Positions 46,877 through 64,000 of a DNA stretch of 64,000 bases are shown piece by piece (positions within the stretch are counted from its first letter, which is position 1; each line of letters opens with the position of its first letter). The position numbers were made by a program, and so were the translations under genes. The DNA is from the human T2T-CHM13v2.0 reference genome, Homo sapiens. Below the pieces are notes generated by a model. The model was not told where the DNA came from and ran no database searches. It was given only the letters and a program-made list of their open reading frames with translations. The stretch is from the NCBI RefSeq assembly GCF_009914755.1, contig NC_060936.1. One strand, written 5' to 3'.

Positions 46877-47275
46877 TGCATATATACATTGTCACCCCAG
46901 GGAGCCAGCTCTATTTCAGAAGTCCCCGGCTCCCCTTACCCAGCCAACACCCAAAACCCACCCAAGAGGATGGGTCCTGGATAAATAATGCCCAGGACTC
47001 ATATCCTGACCCCATAGGTTATAACAGAATTCATCAAACAAAAACAGAGGGCTAGAGGCCAGTGTCCATGAGAGGTCCTTGCCCCTTTGTAAACATTGAC
47101 ATCCAGGCCACTGGAGCCTGGGGAAAGTGTGCAAACATGAGGATGCCACACTGTGTGTCCAGGGGCCAGGAACACAGCTGGCAACCATACCCGTGAAGTC
47201 CTGAGGATCTGCCCCCCACTGGAACATGGCAAGTGCCGGGGGCAGAAGCAAGGCAGTTACCCCACACCCAAGGGC

Positions 47276-51959
<4,684 letters not shown>

Positions 51960-52673
51960 GGCAGGAGCCCGCCCCAGGGGCTTGCGGAACTGCGGGCTCA
52001 GAGAGCCCGAAAACGAGGTCAGGGTGTGAGCAGGCGCGGCAGCTGGTGCAGGAAAGTCGCTCACCCCGAAGCTGCCGTGGGCAAGTTAGAAGGAAACCAA
52101 AACAAGCGCCGCGCCCGGAGCTGCCCACGTGATCACAACACAGCACGTCTAACGCCAGGGAGCCGGGCGCCCGGGGAACTACTGAGCCGCGCCGCGCCGG
52201 GCTCCGCCCCCCAGGCCGCTCGCCATTGGTCCATTAGAATGGGTAAGGGCGGTGCCGCCAGCAGGAGGGAAGGGTGGGCCTCACGTGGAGCGGGAGAACT
52301 GGGAGCTGCGCGTGCGCAGACTGGAGCCGGTTCATTCATAAAGAAACAGAAAGGAACCCGGGGTCCTAAAGGCGTTTGCGCATTTACAGCCTAGCTGAAG
52401 TGGCTTCGAAGAATTATGGATGGAAAATACCCGTTTTGTGGTTTCCGGTCATAAGATTCTAGCCCTCCCTTTTGCATGGTCTCTGGGGTCCTTAGATAGG
52501 GAGAAAACCGCCAAAGTTCTAGTATATTCCTTCTGCTTCCCCCAGCCTTCAGCCCCAGACCTATCAAGGTTTCCAGTCTTCCAGCATCTAATTTCAAACT
52601 GCAATTCTTATTCTTGCAGAAATTGCTAGAATTTATGATCAAGTAGTCTGAGGTTTCTTCTTCATCATCATGA

Positions 52674-53408
<735 letters not shown>

Positions 53409-54005
53409 TGACCACTTTAGTGATACTTTCTCTCATAGGAAACCCCATTTAAACTAAGATCTGAAGGAACCAACTAGGAGATTTCACAAGAAGAATCCAC
53501 CAATGCTAAGGCGTTAAGATGGAAATAAATTGGGTAAATTCCAGGAAGAGGGGAAGAAAAAAAGAAAGCCAGTTAGCCTAAAGCAGATGAAGTCTAAGAG
53601 AATGGCAGAGGCCAGGCCACATAAAGGAGTCTGGGCTAATTCTAAGTACTTGAAGGTATTTAAGCTGGGGCATGACATGATCTAAATTGTCTTTCTAAAA
53701 AATCTCCCTGGCTGTAGTGAATAGATTGGGGTTTGAGGGTAACAGGAGCAAAAGGAAGCAGGGAGATTGGCGAGGAAACTGTTACCTGTAGTCCAGGTGA
53801 GAGATGAGAGCGCTTGACTAGAGTGATCATGTTGAATGAAGTTGAGAATTCAGGATATTCTGAAGCTAAGGTTAAAATGACTTGTGGAAGGATTGGTAGA
53901 GGAGGGAAGAAAGGAAGGAAATCACCTAGATTTATAGAGAGTTCGACTATACTATGTGCCAGGTGCATTTTATTGTTATCTCATTTAATATTCACAAAAG
54001 CCCTA

Positions 54006-54331
<326 letters not shown>

Positions 54332-55018
54332 TCTTCTACTTTGTGCCAGGCACTCTTACTATGTGTTGCACACTAGGATACAGAAATAAATAACAGATGC
54401 CTTTTATACTGCTTGTCCCGTCCATATGAACTCTCCATTCTTTTCCACCCAGATTTATGTCCAGGAGGCAGACCTTGTCTCCTGGCTTTCAGTGAAGCTC
54501 AGCCAAAGGAAAGCACACACAGAAGATTCAATGGACAGAGGAGAGTGGCTCTGTCCCCCATTGAAGGTCACAGTACCTCTCAAGGCAGCTGCCTCCTCCA
54601 ACACACACACACACAGCTCTCTCCTGGTTTTCAGTGACTCCCCTCAGCCTTTATGCCTATAGCAGTATCAGCCTCTTTTCTGTTATTCACCTTGGGGCAT
54701 TGCTCTATCTGTTGTGGTCTCCCTATACCCTGCCCACATCTTTGTAAATAGTCTCTTTATTAAACCATCTGAATTCTCCTGTTTTGAATCAGAGAGAAAG
54801 CAAAAGAGCCAAGGCAAAGGGCTTTCTCCTCTTGTGACTTTTTCTTTTTACCTGGTAAGGGAAGCTCTCACAGCAGATATTCACCTACATCTCATTGAAC
54901 AAGATTGTTTTATATAGTCATTTCTAGTTGTAAGGGAACCTGGAAATTTTAGCATTTTCTTTTCCAATGTCTATAGTAAAGGAAGGCAAAAGACAATGTG
55001 ATTATAAATAAATGTTTT

Positions 55019-57038
<2,020 letters not shown>

Positions 57039-57264
57039 TGAAATAACATTTCTAGGACAGCATCATACATTGCTATGTCTCAAACAACTGAGACAAAATA
57101 AAGATAAGATGTTCCCAGAAAACTGTTTTAAGTATCTCTGGGAAAAGTGAAAAATGTCTCTACTCTGTTTGCACCCAAATTATATGGCATGTCCTTTCTA
57201 ATGGACTCCATCGCACAGGTATTCAAGGCTTCTTTGTTTTCCACAGTTATGGGTTTACCTCCCT

Positions 57265-57735
57265 GCTGATTATCAATTACCTATTGTTGCATAACAAACC
57301 ACATCAAAATTATTTTTCTCAGGATTCTGTGGGTTGAATTCATGGTTCTTATGTTGCCTCCTCTGGACTCACTCTCGTGGCTAGTCAGTGGAAGCTCCAC
57401 TGGGAATGGAAGGTCTAAAATGACCTCACGCACGTCTGGAGCCTTGGTGCTGGCTCTTGGCTAGGCCTCTGTCTCTCCACATGTCTCTCATCATTTATTG
57501 GGGCAGCCCGAGCTTCTTCTTGGGTGGCAGAAGCATCCAAGAGGGCAAAGTTAGGACAGTGCATGGCCTCTTGAGGCCTTAGGCTTTGAAACTCATTCAA
57601 CACAAGTTCTGCCACATTTTAGTAGCCTAAGCAAGTCACAAAGCCATCCCAGATTCAAGGCATGGGGAAATAGACTCCATTTCTCCATGAGAGAAACTGG
57701 AAAATATTGTAGCTCTATTTTTCAATCTACTACAG
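57265..57735. mobile_element. MLT1-type (ERVL-MaLR) LTR
   Basis: ctattgttgcataacaaaccac ... cagattcaagg..ggggaaatagactcca ... caatctactaca. Confidence 0.7.
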
Positions 57736-57740
57736 AGCAG

Positions 57741-57960
57741 ATTGATTATGGCAAGAAGTCCAAGCTGGAGTTCTCCATTTACCAAGGCCCCCAGGTATCC
57801 ACAGCTGTAGTTGAGCCCTACAACTCTATGCTCACCACAAACATCACCCTGGAGCACTCAGATTGCACCTTCATGGTAGACAATGAGGCCATCTATGACA
57901 TCTGTCATAGAAACCTCGATATTGGGTGCCTGACCTACAGTAACCTGAACTATCTGATAT
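57741..57960 (+). pseudogene. Alpha-tubulin pseudogene fragment (about residues 160-232)
   Basis: [60 protein letters not shown] vs TUBA1 [60 protein letters not shown]. Confidence 0.92.
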
Positions 57961-58238
57961 TGAATCTGTTGTAGTCACTTGAATATTAAGAACACATTTG
58001 GCTTCAATAACAGAAAAACCAAGTTGCAATAGCTTAAACAAATAAGGATTTATGTTTCTCAAGTAACAAAGTTGGAGGTAAGCAGCATCAGTCCAGTTGC
58101 TCCATGATACCAGGTCTGGTACCTGCAGTTCTCTTAACTCTTCCCTTATGCTTGTCGCCTCATAGCCACAAGAAGAGTTCACCTTCAGGCATCATATCTA
58201 AGTTCCAAAAGAGGATCTAGTAATCATAAAGGCACTTA

Positions 58239-59500
<1,262 letters not shown>

Positions 59501-59764
59501 AAAGTTTGAATAAAACTATGCTTTAAATGTAAGAATGGAAAATCAGTTAAATAATATCAATTTATTATTTTATAGGCTATGTACTTTTAAATGTGTACAG
59601 TATATATAAATAAATAAAATATTATAAATTAGACATTTAATTATGTAATTCCTAAAAGTTTGCTTAAGTTGGCCAAACAATACTTTTTGTTTTGGATCTT
59701 CTAATTAGGAAAATGGATGATTATCTAATTTTTGGCATCAACTGTTAAAAATCATGTGTAAATT

Positions 59765-60421
<657 letters not shown>

Positions 60422-60740
60422 TCATAGCACCAATTTTTTTTTAATTTAAAATGCAAACTGCCATGCTTCTTAGATTTAAATTAGCTAATAAGTTATTTTC
60501 AGGTGCTCCCTGTCATGGTCATGTTCTTTCTAATCTGAAGACCCTTCTCTAAAGACTCAGACATTAGAGTTCTGGTTCTTATTAACTCACATTTTCCATT
60601 TACCCCTCCAGATCTTCCTTTACCCTTCTTCATCCTGCATTTGCTCCTGGAAGGCTGACCTTTATAGACAGCAGTAATGCCCTCTGGCTTCCAGCTAGCT
60701 TTAGCTAATAGGAAGTGTTTGGCCACAGACTGGAAGATAG

Positions 60741-61293
<553 letters not shown>

Positions 61294-62630
61294 TCAGACT
61301 ACTCCTCCAAGCTAAAACCTAATTAAATTAATTTATTCCACTAAAATGACTGCCTGTGTCTCTAGAAAGATATCAAAATCCTTAACATGGTACAATGCCT
61401 ATTAGTATTTGCAGGGGCTTAATAAATATTTGTGGAAGGGAGAGAGTCAGGTTTGGATCTGGGAGGAACTGCCTTGTGCCTTCTTGTGTTGATTCACCTT
61501 GTTTAAATCTCAGAGCACCTCTTCATTTCCAACTCCATGGAAGTACCTAATGGTAGCCTCTGTTTACTCAAGACCACACAGCTGGTGAATAGGAACCAAG
61601 CAGAATATATAGCCCTATTGTTTTTAACTGTAGAATCACAGTTAAGTGAGAAGCAATCAGTTTAAAAGTGACAACCACTGGCATGATGTTTGATCCTCCC
61701 CAGACACCCCACCAATAGTTTCTAGGCCTTGGTACAATCTTTCAAAGATAAAGGAAATACTCCTCCCGTCTCAACAAAGAAGTCCCTTCATCTTTGGACA
61801 ATTCTAAGTTATTGAAAATCAGACAATTTAAAGACTACTCCATCCTAGTCAATTTATTGAAATATATAGAGAGGGAAAGGGGGCAGAGAGAGCGAGAAAC
61901 CTATATCCTCCTTTCTGTAGTGGTCCTAAGGTGCTTTGGGCCAGCTGCTTCCAAGAGAAGGAGAAGGTGGGTGACTTTGTCTTCAGCCTATTTAAGGAAG
62001 AGATCTGCAATATCTATTCTCAAAGATTCTGCAAGATACTATAGACTAGCCAGGGACTAGAACAAGGATGGGATGTGTGTGGAGGAAATGGGATTAATCC
62101 CAGATCAAATGTTGGGTAGAATCCCAGCTGCTGCAGCTGCTGGGGGCTTAACCAGCTGTTCCCTGGGCAGCTGCAATGTTCACCCCAGGCCTGGTTCTTA
62201 GGGTGACAGCTCTATCTCAGCTTGTGGCCTTCAGCTCCAAGCTAAGCCAAGGCACTGCTGAACGGATGGCTGGAAAGCAAAAGAGAATAGCAGAGAAGAA
62301 GTACCCAGTTCAAAGGACTTCTGTTTGGACATCATATGGTTTGAAATCAGACAACTGTGTTCTTAGGTTTTGCAGTCCCAAGGAGAGATGTTAAGACACC
62401 GTTTAGGTTTCTGAGAGAAGCAAAGCCAGGGCTGGTGGTATCACCTTCAATTCTGTTCAGTTCCTATTCTATCCTATCCTGCTCCAATTTCTCTACACTG
62501 CTCCCACCATCTGCTCCCATAACACACTCCGTGTGGGAGTGGGAGCATTTCCTTCTTGTGATTGAAACTAGAGCAAGGACATTCAAATGCTCAACCGAGG
62601 ACCAATCTACACAGGGATAAGGGCTATCTA

Positions 62631-63890
<1,260 letters not shown>

Positions 63891-64000
63891 AGATCACCTC
63901 GCCCTCTAGCTACACTGAACTTGCTGATGCTCCTTTGATGCTCCTCAGATTCATCTTACTCTTGCTCCCCAAATCCAGCCTTTTGCACATGCTGTTCCCT

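Overview
Human genomic DNA, recognisable as 12q13.12. Three genes lie head-to-tail on the minus strand. RHEBL1 is complete (8 coding exons, 183 aa, CAAX motif CHLM; CDS 51959->47276). KMT2D/MLL2/MLL4 is complete: a non-coding first exon in a CpG island at about 41.8-43 kb, then 54 coding exons from 37497 to 3952. The GT-AG exon lengths I derived sum to 16614 nt (5537 aa + stop), followed by a 2.8-kb 3'UTR. The PRKAG1 promoter and first coding exon (ATG GAG ACG|gt, 912-904) start about 200 bp after the KMT2D poly(A) signal. The region from 44 to 64 kb is very Alu-dense, with MIR, L2, L1, MLT1 and DNA-transposon remnants and a 220-bp orphan alpha-tubulin fragment. I see no wholly new gene system. 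The most notable items are: a 494-codon stop-free, AUG-less His/Cys/Arg-rich alternative frame in the 27-bp repeat exon of KMT2D; a uORF-loaded KMT2D leader including an ORF overlapping the main start; frame-preserving short introns; an inverted-Alu pair bracketing PHD exons; and the AMPKgamma-KMT2-RHEB linkage shared with the 7q36 paralogues. Repeat subfamily names come from memory of consensus sequences, not from a search.
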